Shown: positions 10,630-21,088 of the stretch, piece by piece
How positions within the stretch are numbered: position 1 is the first letter of the stretch
Layout: every line of letters begins with the position of its first letter
Assembly (NCBI GenBank): GCA_965219455.1
Contig: OZ244744.1
Coordinates: 3,456,001 to 3,520,000, forward strand
Direction of reading: 5' to 3'
Length of the DNA: 64,000 nucleotides
DNA from: Candidatus Latescibacterota bacterium
GTDB lineage: Bacteria > Latescibacterota > UBA2968 > GCA-2709665
Notes under the pieces: model-generated
What the model was told of the DNA's origin: nothing
What the model saw: the letters and a program-made list of their open reading frames with translations, nothing else
The model's database searches: none
Program-made: the position numbers and the translations under genes

Positions 10630-12141
10630 ATGCGCTTCCGACACGTCAAATCGCTAGCAAGACACACTGTCGTTTACGGAATGGGCGACATGCTCGGAAA
10701 GGCCACGGGCATCTTTCTGTTGCCGGTCTACGCCCGCCTCCTTTCGCCATCCGAAAACGGCGACATGGCCCTCGCGTACGCTTTTGTCAGCTTCACTGTT
10801 CTCCTGTACGCCCTGGGTCTGAACCATGCGCTCGTCCGCCACCTTGCGGTCGAGCGCGATGCCGCAGGCATGCGCCTCAAGTTCAGCACGTCATACTGGA
10901 CGCTTCTGGCTGTTGGCGTCCTTCTTTCCTGCCTGGTTTGGAACTCTGCGGCACGCCTGGCCGTCGTTTTTCTCAACACCGCTTCCTACACCGACATTTT
11001 CCAGATAGTCGCGGTCATTCTACTGCTGGACACCCTGTCCGAGCCCTTTTTCACGTTGTGCAGGGTGCGGCAGCGATCCGGAATCTACGCGTTTGTGCGG
11101 TTCGTCCAGCACACTCTGCAGCTTGGTCTCACCGTTTACCTGATCGTGTGGGAAGGGCAAGGGGTACGTGCCATTTTCTGGAGCAATCTGGTCAGCTCCA
11201 TTTTTGCCTTTCTGGCGCTGTGCCCAATCGGGTTCCGTGTACTCCGGCCCGTCTATTCGCCATCGATCCTGCGCGAGCTTCTGCGCTTTGGTCTGCCCTT
11301 TGTTCCCTCCGCCGCGGCCCTTCTTCTGATTAACCTTTCGGACCGGTTGCTGTTGAATTTCTTCCTTGGAAAGGATCCCGTCGGGATCCTTCAGATCCTC
11401 TTCCGGTTCTGCCTTCCCATGCAGATGCTTACGCGCGTATTCCGCACCGCGTGGGCGCCGGGCATCCTGGCCATTCCGGACGCAACCGAAGCCCGCACCG
11501 TTGTGGCTCGAACGACCACCTACTTTTCGGCGGGAGCAACCCTGCTACTGCTGGCACTTTCCACCTTCGCCCGGGATCTCATACTGCTGGGATGTGGGAG
11601 CAAGGCCTCCGAATATCTGCCCGCGCAGGGGGTCATCCCCATTGTAACCCTTGCTTTCCTGTTTTCCGGAATATACATTATATTGACAGCTGGAGTTTAC
11701 GCGGAGGGCCGTTCACGCATGCTGCCCCTCGTTGTGGGCCTGGGCGCGAGCGTCAATGTGGGATTCAACCTTCTGCTCATCCCGCGTCTGGGCGTGCTCG
11801 GCGCGGCCTGGAGTACACTGGCCGCCTACGGGGTAATGGTTCTTTTCCTTTATCTCTACACGCGACGGTTTTACCCGGTCGCCTACGAGTACGCCCGGCT
11901 TGCGAAGGTCGCGGCCGCCGGCGGAATCGTTTTTCTTGTTGTATCCGGATTTGTTCCCGATGCGAGCCCGTCGGGAATCGCGTCCCGGTGCATTCTGTTG
12001 CTGGCCTATCCGCTCATCCTGTGGGGCTGGAACTTCCTTGAAACCGGAGAGTGGCAGGATATCCGTCAACTGTTCCGGCTACCGAAGCCGGCAGGCGTAG
12101 AAACAGGTGGATCCTCTGGGGACAGAACCGAAGTCCCCTGA
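10630..12141 (+). CDS. Polysaccharide/oligosaccharide flippase (Wzx/MOP-like)
   Basis: About 14 hydrophobic segments, with LLPVYARLLSP, LLRFGLPF, SDR and LLIPRLGVLGAAWSTLAAY. Confidence 0.82.
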   Translation: MRFRHVKSLARHTVVYGMGDMLGKATGIFLLPVYARLLSPSENGDMALAYAFVSFTVLLYALGLNHALVRHLAVERDAAGMRLKFSTSYWTLLAVGVLLSCLVWNSAARLAVVFLNTASYTDIFQIVAVILLLDTLSEPFFTLCRVRQRSGIYAFVRFVQHTLQLGLTVYLIVWEGQGVRAIFWSNLVSSIFAFLALCPIGFRVLRPVYSPSILRELLRFGLPFVPSAAALLLINLSDRLLLNFFLGKDPVGILQILFRFCLPMQMLTRVFRTAWAPGILAIPDATEARTVVARTTTYFSAGATLLLLALSTFARDLILLGCGSKASEYLPAQGVIPIVTLAFLFSGIYIILTAGVYAEGRSRMLPLVVGLGASVNVGFNLLLIPRLGVLGAAWSTLAAYGVMVLFLYLYTRRFYPVAYEYARLAKVAAAGGIVFLVVSGFVPDASPSGIASRCILLLAYPLILWGWNFLETGEWQDIRQLFRLPKPAGVETGGSSGDRTEVP

Positions 12142-12177
12142 TCGCGTCTCTGCGACAGAGGGAAATACGGAGCATAC

Positions 12178-12525
12178 ATGAAATTGCCGCTAAAGGCGCG
12201 ACAGGCTGCGGGGAAAGTTCGCCGTTTTTTCTTTGTTTACTTCCGAAAACCCTATGTCGCCGAGCAGGCAACCCTCCTGGTGGGCGAATGCAACCGGTGC
12301 GGCAACTGCTGTGAAATTCTTTTCAAATGCCCGTTCGTAATCAAACAGGACGATGGGTTTTCCGCCTGCAGCATCTACGAAGACCGGCCACGCCAGTGCA
12401 GCGCGTTTCCGATCGACGAGCGTTGTCTGGCCGACGTGGAATTTGATTGTACGTTCAGTTTCCAGAAGAATCCACTCCTGGAACCGGACCCGGCGAAACC
12501 ACTGCTTCAGATCGACTCCGATTGA
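12178..12525 (+). CDS. YkgJ-like cysteine-cluster (Fe-S/Zn) protein
   Basis: CNRCGNCC...CPF...CSIYEDRPRQCSAFP. Confidence 0.75.
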   Translation: MKLPLKARQAAGKVRRFFFVYFRKPYVAEQATLLVGECNRCGNCCEILFKCPFVIKQDDGFSACSIYEDRPRQCSAFPIDERCLADVEFDCTFSFQKNPLLEPDPAKPLLQIDSD

Positions 12526-12646
12526 CCGGAGCCCTGAAACTTCCACTCTTGCACCACGTCTAAACCGGGGTTGGGCGCCGGAAAGCGGGGCCCCGCTTTC
12601 CCTTGTCCGGCCCCGGTTTCACTGAACTGAAGGGATATTCTCGAGA

Positions 12647-13369
12647 GTGATGAACCGGAAAGAACAGCAGAACAACGCCGCGGGATTACCCGTACGATGG
12701 GGTGTAACATGCGCCGTTTTCTGCCTTCTGACGGTGGGCGCCGCCAGATGCGAGGCGCAGCTGTCAGGTCCACCGGCGTCGTTCACAATGGCGAGGCTCA
12801 AATTCGGGGGCGGCGGAGACTGGTACAACGGGCCCACCGAGATACCCAACCTTCTGGCCTTTATCCGAAGCCGAACGACGATCGATGCGGCAAAGCAGGA
12901 AGCCCGGGTCGAAATCATGGACGAAAATCTTTTTGCCTTTCCTGTTCTCTATCTCACAGGGCACGGAAATATCCGATTTACCGAAGATGAAGTCAGGCGC
13001 CTCCGCACGTACCTTGAACACGGCGGCTTCCTGTTTGCCAACGACGACTACGGACTCGACAAAGCGTTTCGCCGTGAAATCCAACGAACCTTCCCCGACA
13101 AGGAACTGGTGGAGTTGCCGCCTTCGTTCGGCATCTTTCAACACCCATTCCCATTTCCGGACGGCCTGCCCAAGATCCACGAGCACGACGGTAAGCGGCC
13201 ACAGGCCTTCGGCATCTTTCACGAAGATCGGCTTGTGGTCTTTTACAATTACGAATGCGACCTCGGGGATGGTTGGAACGATGCCGCCGTTCACGAAGAT
13301 CCGCCGGAAAAGCGGGATGCCGCCTTGAAAATGGGGACAAACGTCATTGTCTGGGCGCTCACGCATTAG
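12647..13369 (+). CDS. DUF4159 family protein
   Basis: ARLKFGGGGDWY, YLTGHG, LRTYLEHGGFLFANDDYG, DLGDGW and KMGTNV; signal-like N-terminus. Confidence 0.85.
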   Translation: MMNRKEQQNNAAGLPVRWGVTCAVFCLLTVGAARCEAQLSGPPASFTMARLKFGGGGDWYNGPTEIPNLLAFIRSRTTIDAAKQEARVEIMDENLFAFPVLYLTGHGNIRFTEDEVRRLRTYLEHGGFLFANDDYGLDKAFRREIQRTFPDKELVELPPSFGIFQHPFPFPDGLPKIHEHDGKRPQAFGIFHEDRLVVFYNYECDLGDGWNDAAVHEDPPEKRDAALKMGTNVIVWALTH

Positions 13370-13387
13370 TCGCCCGACCGGCCCGGG

Positions 13388-16300
13388 ATGAAAAGGTGGA
13401 TCCGTAACGTCGCCTCCCGTGCCTCGTTCATGCCGGCAACACTCGCCTCCGTCCTTGCGCCCCGCTCACTTATGTCCAGACCCTTCGCAAATTCCGCACA
13501 CCGGAACCTGCTGCGCAGGCTGTTCGCGCTACGCAGAAGGCAAATTGCCGCCCGCAGCCTGTACGGCGTTGGTTTGACCCTCTGCTGTGGGCTGGGGTGC
13601 TTTCTCATTTTGCTTCTCCTGGAAACCGGCCTGTATCTTTCGCCCGCCGTGAAGTTGGCAGCGGAGGGGGCCGTGGCGCTTGTTCTGGGCGGTCTTGCGG
13701 TATTGTACTGCTTTCGCCCGCTGTTGTTTCCGCCTTCACCCGAAGACGTCGCATTGGAGGTCGAACACGCGTTCGGAGGCCTGCAGCAACGCCTGATCAG
13801 TGCAATGCAACTCTGGGGTCCTGGCAGGGACACCGACTATTCGTCCCGGATGGTCGAAGCCGCCGTAATTCAGGCGGATGAAACCCTCGCGAAGCTTAAC
13901 CTGAATCCCCTGGTCGCCCGCACCCAACCCCTGCGAATGGCTGCCCTTTGCGGCGCGCTCGGCCTGGTCATTCTCGTCGCATTCGCGGTTCTGCCCGGTC
14001 CGCTTACCGCGGCCGCCCGCCGGCTTGCTCATCCCTCGACGGTCTATGTCCGCCCGCCCCAGACGTTTATTGCCCTCCATCCCGGGAGCGCTGAAATCAT
14101 CGCCGGCGAACCCTTTGCGATTACGGCAACCCTCACCGGTCTCGTGCCACTCGATGCCCATATCTTCTTACGGGAAAACGACGCGTGGACACCTCTTGAG
14201 CTTTCGGTCCGCAACGGGCGGATCGCGCACAGGATGCCCGCAGTAACACGGTCGTTCCAGTACCGTCTTCGTGCGAACGACGCGGTAACGCCGGTTTACA
14301 CGGTCACCGCGAAACCCCGGCCGATGGTTGTGCGGCTTCGCCACGACAACCGCTATCCGGCCTATACCCGGCTGGAGGAAGTCCGTGACATAGACGGGGG
14401 CGACATTGTGGCCATTGCCGGAACTTCCACCGCCCTTCATGTCGAATCCAGCCTTCCGTTGAGCACGGCGGAAATCGTCTTCGACGACAGCACCGCTTCC
14501 ACGGCACGGATAGACGGAAGTTTCGCTCTTGTGAATCTGATCGTCAAACAGAACAGGCGATATACAATCGTTCTCCGCGAAACACACGGAATAACCAGCA
14601 CGAATCCTGTAGAATACCGCGTTGTGGCCCTTCAGGACCATCCTCCTGAAATTCGCCTTCTCCGCCCGGGCAAAGACACCGAGCTCGGGGAAAACATGCG
14701 GGTTCCTCTGTTCGTTGAAGCCCGAGACGATTTCGGAGTTGCCCGGATCGAAATTCGTTACCGCCTGAACGATGACGAGGCGGCAGAGGCCCTTCCTTTT
14801 CCCCTGGACGCCATGGGCGACGGAGAACTCACCCAGACCTATGTCTGGGATCTCTCAGGCCTGGACTTGCTGCCGGGCGATCGGGTCGTCTTCCGACTAC
14901 GCGCGTATGACAACAACACCCTGTCCGGCCCCGGCAAATCGGAAACTCCGGACTTCACCATTCGCTTTCCTTCTCTACTGGAAATCCATCGGCAGGCGCA
15001 AAGGGCCCAGGAAGAGGGCCTGGAACGGATGGCAGCCATCCAGGAAGGGGGGGAGGCGGTGCGGGAACGCCTTGAGGAGATTGCGCATCGAGTGTTGAAA
15101 GAACGACAGATGCAATGGCAGCACGGCAAGGAACTGGAAACCGCGATCGATGACCAGGCCACCGCCGCGGAACAGCTCGAGAAAGTGAGCGAGAAACTCG
15201 AAGAAACGCTGGACAGGCTGCAACAGAGCGGACTTCTGGGGGATGAAACCCTTCAAAAGCTGAACCAGATTCAGGAACTGCTCTCCGAAATTGAGACGCC
15301 CGGGTTGAAAGAAGCTATGGAGGAACTCCGCGGCGCCATGCAGCGCGTCGATCCTGAAGCCGTGGAGGATGCCCTGAAGGCGTTCCGCGCCGAACAGGAA
15401 GGGTTTCAACAGTCGCTGGAACGGACGATCGCCCTGCTGCAGCAACTTCGCAAGGAGCAGGCCCTTGAGGCGTTGGTCCGAGCTCTGGAAGCGCTGTCCG
15501 AAGACCAGCGTCGCGTGGTTGACAACATCGGCGATGAACGCGCTCCTTCGTCTCTGGCAGGGCAGCAGGACGCGATTGAGAGGCGGGCCGATTCATTCGA
15601 GGACGAACTTGCGCTGACCGCCGAGAAAATGACGGGGTATCCCAAAGCGGCGAACGAACTGGGACGCCTGGCGGACCGATTTGAAGAGCAGCGGATCTCC
15701 GAGCGAATGCGGCTTGTCAGTCGCGATCTGCGCAAGGGAGCAGCAAGGTCCGCTCGAACCCGCGGCGCAAGGATAACCGGAGATCTCGACAGGTTCGCGA
15801 AGGAACTCAAGGCGGCCAGGCAGGCCTTCGTCGGCCGCCGGAAAGAGGCGCTGACGCGCCAACTCGATCAATTGACGCACAACCTGCTGGGCCTTTCTGC
15901 CGCGCAGGAACAGACCGTGCGCAAGGCGGGGGAAATTTCGCGGGACAGCGATCCAACGGCGCTGGCGATCGAACAAGCCCGTATTCTGGCCGGCGCAACG
16001 CGTCTGGCGAACCACCTGATGGAAGCCGCTCACAGGACCTATTTTGTGACGCCTGAAACCGGCGCCGCGCTGGGTCGGGCGCTCGACAGGATCCGAGAGA
16101 CTGCCGGTCATATCCTGGCCGGCGCCGTTTCCCGGGCAACCGGTTCCGGCCAGGACGCCATGGGCGCCTTGAACGACGCCGCGTTGGCGCTCCGGAGGGT
16201 TGTCAAGGACATCGCCGCTGCCGCTTCTTCGGTCGGTTTTGAAGAAATGCTTCAGCGCATGCAGGAACTGGCCGACCAGCAGGCGGGCCTGAACGCCCGG

Positions 16301-16807
16301 AGTGAATCCATGTTCAACTCCCGGCGCCCGTCGGAGGAGGGCAACGGTCAGCAATTGACCCTTGCTCGCATGGCCGCCCGGCAGAGAGCCATCCAGCAGG
16401 CACTACGGGAAATCCGCCAGCAGATGGGTAGCCGTAGACAGGCGCTGCTCGGCGATCTGGATAATATCGCTTCTGAAATGGAGGCCGTCATTCAGGAGAT
16501 GAAGAACCGGAACGCAGGCAGCCGAACGATGGAGCGCCTACGCAGGATTCTCGCGCGTCTGTTGGATGCCCAGCGATCGATTCAGGAACGCGGCCGAAGC
16601 AAAGAGCGGCACGCCCGGCGGGGATCGGACCTCGCGTACCAGGGTCCGGGTTCGTTGCCCCCGAATCTCGGCGAAGCCGACAACCCGCTCCGAGACCGTC
16701 TCAGGGAAGCGCTCGATGCGGGCTTTGCCACCGAATACCAGCGACTCATCCGGCGCTACTTCGAAGCATTGATGCAGGACGCGCTGAAACGAGAAGATTC
16801 CCGATGA
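13388..16807 (+). CDS. Large membrane-anchored Ig-like/coiled-coil protein (DUF4175-like)
   Basis: N-terminal TM helices, beta-rich domains (ARDDFGV, LLPGD...RAYDN), a long Q/E-rich coiled coil and terminal YQRLIRRYF. Start uncertain. Confidence 0.7.
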   Translation: MKRWIRNVASRASFMPATLASVLAPRSLMSRPFANSAHRNLLRRLFALRRRQIAARSLYGVGLTLCCGLGCFLILLLLETGLYLSPAVKLAAEGAVALVLGGLAVLYCFRPLLFPPSPEDVALEVEHAFGGLQQRLISAMQLWGPGRDTDYSSRMVEAAVIQADETLAKLNLNPLVARTQPLRMAALCGALGLVILVAFAVLPGPLTAAARRLAHPSTVYVRPPQTFIALHPGSAEIIAGEPFAITATLTGLVPLDAHIFLRENDAWTPLELSVRNGRIAHRMPAVTRSFQYRLRANDAVTPVYTVTAKPRPMVVRLRHDNRYPAYTRLEEVRDIDGGDIVAIAGTSTALHVESSLPLSTAEIVFDDSTASTARIDGSFALVNLIVKQNRRYTIVLRETHGITSTNPVEYRVVALQDHPPEIRLLRPGKDTELGENMRVPLFVEARDDFGVARIEIRYRLNDDEAAEALPFPLDAMGDGELTQTYVWDLSGLDLLPGDRVVFRLRAYDNNTLSGPGKSETPDFTIRFPSLLEIHRQAQRAQEEGLERMAAIQEGGEAVRERLEEIAHRVLKERQMQWQHGKELETAIDDQATAAEQLEKVSEKLEETLDRLQQSGLLGDETLQKLNQIQELLSEIETPGLKEAMEELRGAMQRVDPEAVEDALKAFRAEQEGFQQSLERTIALLQQLRKEQALEALVRALEALSEDQRRVVDNIGDERAPSSLAGQQDAIERRADSFEDELALTAEKMTGYPKAANELGRLADRFEEQRISERMRLVSRDLRKGAARSARTRGARITGDLDRFAKELKAARQAFVGRRKEALTRQLDQLTHNLLGLSAAQEQTVRKAGEISRDSDPTALAIEQARILAGATRLANHLMEAAHRTYFVTPETGAALGRALDRIRETAGHILAGAVSRATGSGQDAMGALNDAALALRRVVKDIAAAASSVGFEEMLQRMQELADQQAGLNARSESMFNSRRPSEEGNGQQLTLARMAARQRAIQQALREIRQQMGSRRQALLGDLDNIASEMEAVIQEMKNRNAGSRTMERLRRILARLLDAQRSIQERGRSKERHARRGSDLAYQGPGSLPPNLGEADNPLRDRLREALDAGFATEYQRLIRRYFEALMQDALKREDSR

Positions 16808-18630
16808 AGATGCGGACTTCATCCTGTGCTTTCACGGTTTTTGCGGCCCTTGTCGTACTCTTGCCGGTGAGTCTCCCCGCCGGCACTGTCCGCGAGACCC
16901 TGAAACAGGCCGATGCGAAGAAAGCATCCGGCGACCTGAAGGGCGCGTTGCACCTTTACAGGAAGCTCTTGAAACGGTATCCGAACCGCGCAGACATTCT
17001 CCTCCGTATGGAATCCCTTCTCTTCCGCACGGGGCGCCGAAGCGAAGGCATTCGCCTCCTGGAATCCCATCTTCAAAAGAGACCGCGGGAGAGGTCGGTC
17101 CGTTTCCGCCTGGCGGACGTCCAGTCCGAAACGGGCAACCTGGATGGGGCAATTGCAAACTGGAACCGAATCGTCAAGGAAGCCGCCGATGAGGGAACGT
17201 TTGAGCGGGTTGCGCAACGCCTCCTGAAACACAACCTTCCGTCGCGGGCGCTTTCCGTTTGCCGGCAGGGACGAAAAACCCTGAAAAATCCACGGCTCTT
17301 CGCCAGGAAAATGGCTGAAATCGCCGACCGGCTCGCGCGTTATCCCGACGCCGTCGCCGAATACCTGGTTTTTGTTCGGCAACAGCCGCAGTCTCTCGGG
17401 TTCGTGGAAACCCGCTTCAGGAAATTCGCCCGGGAGGGCGATCAGCAGGAACGGATTCTTGCCACACTCGGCCAGGAGGTCCGGGCCCATCCAGGAGACG
17501 GGATTTCCCTGCGGCTGTTCACGGAATACGCCCTCGCGGCCCGACGCGAGGAGGCGGCGCTGCGGGTCTTTGCGACGTTCTCACGCCTCAATCCAATGCA
17601 AAAATTGCATCTGTTACGTGTCGCCAAACACGCCTTCAACGCCGGCGGGTTCGCGGCGGCGGCCGCCGCCTATCGAATGCTCCTAGACGGCTCCGACGCC
17701 ACCGCCAGGCTGCCCGGCGCACTGTTGGGTTTGGGGAGGGCAAGCGAAGGATTGGCGCAGGTCGACACGGCTGCGGCCCTGTACCGGAGCCTGATTGGCA
17801 AATATCCCGGAGCCTTGTATGCTCTTGAGGCCGGTTATCGGCTGGGTCGTCTCTTGCGCCAGGCCCATCGGGATACCGCGGCCGCACTAGATGCATTCCG
17901 CGCGGTCGCCGCGGCGAAGCGGCGTTCATCCTGGCGTTATCACGCCCTTTTCGAAATCGCGGATATGATGGTTATTGCGGACCGGCTTGCCGAAGCCGAA
18001 TCGGTTTACGGACGTGTCGCACGTGAACAGCAGGGCAAGGAAGACGCTGTCCGGGCTCGTTTCGGCATTGCGGAGTGTCGTTTTTTCAAGGGTGACATCG
18101 ACGCCGCCCGCGCCATCATCGACAGCCTGCTGTCGGGCTCGTCAAATCGATTCACGTTCAATGATGCGCTGGCTCTCTCGGTCCTGCTCGAGCAGGCAGA
18201 CCACGAAGATGTCCGCGTGCTTCAAACCTATGCGGCCGCGTCCAGGCTCGTTCGCCGGCAGAAACCGGATGCGGCTCTGAGCGCGTTCCGGACGTTTGTG
18301 GAAACCCATCCGGGGTCGCGGCTTCTGGATCGTGCCCTGGCAACTCAGATTGCGCTTCTGGACAGACTCGGCAGGTACAACGAGGCCATTCAGACCTCGC
18401 GGCGCCTGCTTTCGAGCGTCCCGTGGAGCCCGCTCTGCCCCGAGGCGATGGTCACCATCGGCAGGATCTACGATCAGAAACTGGGCCAGTACCACGACGC
18501 ACTGCACACGTATGAATCTGTGCTGGCAGCATATCCGCACAGCCTGGAAGCGGATGTCGCCCGGGAACAGGTACGGGCGCTTCGAGAGAAAATAAGAGCA
18601 CTTGAAACCATCCGCAAGGAGCCCGGATAG
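16804..18630 (+). CDS. Secreted tetratricopeptide-repeat protein
   Basis: Signal peptide and many TPR-like repeats ending YP.S; start overlaps the upstream stop (ATGA). Confidence 0.8.
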   Translation: MKMRTSSCAFTVFAALVVLLPVSLPAGTVRETLKQADAKKASGDLKGALHLYRKLLKRYPNRADILLRMESLLFRTGRRSEGIRLLESHLQKRPRERSVRFRLADVQSETGNLDGAIANWNRIVKEAADEGTFERVAQRLLKHNLPSRALSVCRQGRKTLKNPRLFARKMAEIADRLARYPDAVAEYLVFVRQQPQSLGFVETRFRKFAREGDQQERILATLGQEVRAHPGDGISLRLFTEYALAARREEAALRVFATFSRLNPMQKLHLLRVAKHAFNAGGFAAAAAAYRMLLDGSDATARLPGALLGLGRASEGLAQVDTAAALYRSLIGKYPGALYALEAGYRLGRLLRQAHRDTAAALDAFRAVAAAKRRSSWRYHALFEIADMMVIADRLAEAESVYGRVAREQQGKEDAVRARFGIAECRFFKGDIDAARAIIDSLLSGSSNRFTFNDALALSVLLEQADHEDVRVLQTYAAASRLVRRQKPDAALSAFRTFVETHPGSRLLDRALATQIALLDRLGRYNEAIQTSRRLLSSVPWSPLCPEAMVTIGRIYDQKLGQYHDALHTYESVLAAYPHSLEADVAREQVRALREKIRALETIRKEPG

Positions 18631-19989
18631 GTGAAAACTTACGGCCGGATGAACCGAAAAACGCCTGTCGCGGGTCCACGCGGGGACATGTGCCTCGAGT
18701 ACCCTCCGCGTACGTCTCCCCGCCTTTTTTTCAGCGTCCTGGCCCTGAGTCTGTGTCTGCTCGGGGCCGCTTCGAATGCGCGCGCCGATAAACTGCTCAT
18801 CCCCATGGATCTTGGGCAGACGAATCATCTCAAGGCCTATGGGCTGGCGTACTGGGCGCTGCAACAGCGTATCGACGTGGAGTGGCTGCTCAACTACCGG
18901 GGCGGCGCTTTCATGTTGGACTACGTGGATACGGCGGCCGGGGAGGCGCGTCTGCGCGACGTTGTTTTCGAGCGTATCGCCGGTGCCGATGCCGCTCGAA
19001 TCTACGCGGAGATCGAGCACGGAAACATGAATCCGGTTCGGATGGAGAAGGCGCCGAAGATCGCGGTGTATACCCCACCCAACAAACAACCCTGGGACGA
19101 CGCCGTCACCCTGGCCCTGTCCTACGCCGAAATCCCATACGACATCCTCTGGGACGAAGAAGTGCTTGCGGGGAAACTCGCGGAGTACGACTGGCTGCAT
19201 CTGCATCACGAAGATTTCACCGGTCAGTATGGGAAATTTTTTCGCAGCCACGGCCATGAACTCTGGTACCGCCGCCAGCAGGCCCAGTTCGAAAGCCTTG
19301 CCAGTCGCCTCGGTTTCAAAAAGGTCTCCGGGGAAAAGGGCGCCGTTGCCCGGGCCATTCTGAAATACATTTCCGATGGCGGGTTCGTGTTTGCCATGTG
19401 TTCCGCGACGGACACCTTTGACATTGCGCTGGCTGCGACCGGTTTCGACATTGTGGATACCGTCTACGACGGGGACCCGCCTCACCCTGATGCGCAGGCC
19501 AGGCTGGACTTTTCAAGAACCATCGCCTTTGAGAACTTTTCCCTTGTCACGGACCCTATGGAATATGAACACGCGGACATCGACGTCTCGCCCACCACCG
19601 GCGCGCAGCTGCGAGGTCCCGACGCGGACGCATTCACCCTGTTTGAATTCTCGGCCAAATTCGATCCGGTGCCCACCATGCTCACCCAGAACCACGTGCC
19701 TGTTGTCCGCGGGTTTCTGGGGCAGACCACCGCATTTCGAAAGAGTCGAATCAAGAAGTCCGTCACCATAATGGGCGAGGTCAGCGGAACGGACCAGGTC
19801 AAATACATACACGGAAACGTGGGCCGGGGTACGTTTACATTTTACGCCGGCCACGACCCGGAAGATTATCGCCACTTCGTGGGCGACCCGCCCACGCAAC
19901 TCGCCCTGCGTCGGAACTCGCCAGGGTATCGCCTCATTTTAAACAACATCCTTTTCCCGGCTGCCAAAAAGCAGAAACGGAAAACCTGA
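18631..19989 (+). CDS. Conserved secreted hypothetical protein (family often labelled asparagine synthetase B)
   Basis: LIPMD..QTNHLKAYG, WLLNYRGG, PWDDAVTLAL, WLHLHHEDFTGQYGKF, FAMCSATD and GHDPED. No AsnB N-terminal Cys or SGGLDS motif. Start uncertain. Confidence 0.7.
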   Translation: MKTYGRMNRKTPVAGPRGDMCLEYPPRTSPRLFFSVLALSLCLLGAASNARADKLLIPMDLGQTNHLKAYGLAYWALQQRIDVEWLLNYRGGAFMLDYVDTAAGEARLRDVVFERIAGADAARIYAEIEHGNMNPVRMEKAPKIAVYTPPNKQPWDDAVTLALSYAEIPYDILWDEEVLAGKLAEYDWLHLHHEDFTGQYGKFFRSHGHELWYRRQQAQFESLASRLGFKKVSGEKGAVARAILKYISDGGFVFAMCSATDTFDIALAATGFDIVDTVYDGDPPHPDAQARLDFSRTIAFENFSLVTDPMEYEHADIDVSPTTGAQLRGPDADAFTLFEFSAKFDPVPTMLTQNHVPVVRGFLGQTTAFRKSRIKKSVTIMGEVSGTDQVKYIHGNVGRGTFTFYAGHDPEDYRHFVGDPPTQLALRRNSPGYRLILNNILFPAAKKQKRKT

Positions 19990-20071
19990 ACGCGATTCCG
20001 GCGGCCAGCGGCCGGCATCCCGGAGAATCGCCGAAAACGGTACCTTCCGCCCCTCGAAGGATTGTCCAACC

Positions 20072-21067
20072 ATGCCTGAACGACCCGCAGACGACCTCGA
20101 AGCCGTCGAAAGACTGAAAACCGCCCACACCCGTATCACGGAGGGAATTGGCAAGATAATCGTGGGGCAGAAGAAGATTGTGGACCAATTGCTCATCGCA
20201 CTCCTGTGCGGCGGCCACTGCCTGCTTGTCGGGGTTCCCGGCCTGGCCAAAACGCTCCTTATCAGCACGCTTGCCAGAACGCTCAACCTCAGCTTCAGCC
20301 GCATTCAGTTCACGCCGGACCTGATGCCCTCGGATATCACCGGCACGGAAGTTCTCGAAGAAGACCAGCGCACCGGCCACAAGACCTTCCGTTTCGTCAA
20401 GGGTCCCCTCTTTGCGAACATCATTCTTGCGGACGAGGTCAACCGCACTCCCCCCAAGACCCAGGCCGCCCTGCTCCAGGCCATGCAGGAACACGAGGTT
20501 ACCGCCGGCGGCGACACGTTTCGTTTGGAAGAACCGTTTTTTGTGCTGGCCACACAGAACCCGATCGAACAGGAAGGCACGTATCCGCTGCCTGAAGCGC
20601 AGTTGGACCGGTTCATATTTAACCTCTGGATAGACTATCCAACCGAAGAGGAAGAGAAACAGATCGTTCGCACCACAACCAGCGCCTACACCGCGGAAAT
20701 CGAACCGGTATTCGACGCACGGGAAATCGTCGAACTCCAGCATCTCATTCGAAAGGTACCGGTGGCCGACTATGTGATTGACTACGCCGTGGGCCTCGCC
20801 CGCAAGACCCGGCCGGGAAACGACGGCGCGCCGGATTTCGTCTCCCGCATGGTCAACTGGGGCGCAGGTCCGCGGGCCTCCCAATTCCTCATCCTGGGCG
20901 CCAAAGCCCGTGCCATCCTCGAAGGACGGTACGCAGCCTCGATTGACGACGTCAAATCCGTCGCCGTCCCGGTTCTTCGCCATCGCATCGTCACCAGCTT
21001 TAACGCCGAGGCCGAAGGCGTCACGGCGCTTGAACTCGTGCAACGCCTTCTGGAAGAAACCACCTGA
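20072..21067 (+). CDS. moxR: MoxR-family AAA+ ATPase
   Basis: GVPGLAKT, RIQFTPDLMPSDITG, DEVNR, ATQNPIEQEGTYPLPEAQLDRF and VLRHR. Confidence 0.95.
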   Translation: MPERPADDLEAVERLKTAHTRITEGIGKIIVGQKKIVDQLLIALLCGGHCLLVGVPGLAKTLLISTLARTLNLSFSRIQFTPDLMPSDITGTEVLEEDQRTGHKTFRFVKGPLFANIILADEVNRTPPKTQAALLQAMQEHEVTAGGDTFRLEEPFFVLATQNPIEQEGTYPLPEAQLDRFIFNLWIDYPTEEEEKQIVRTTTSAYTAEIEPVFDAREIVELQHLIRKVPVADYVIDYAVGLARKTRPGNDGAPDFVSRMVNWGAGPRASQFLILGAKARAILEGRYAASIDDVKSVAVPVLRHRIVTSFNAEAEGVTALELVQRLLEETT

Positions 21068-21088
21068 ATCCTCAATTCCTGGCGCCAG

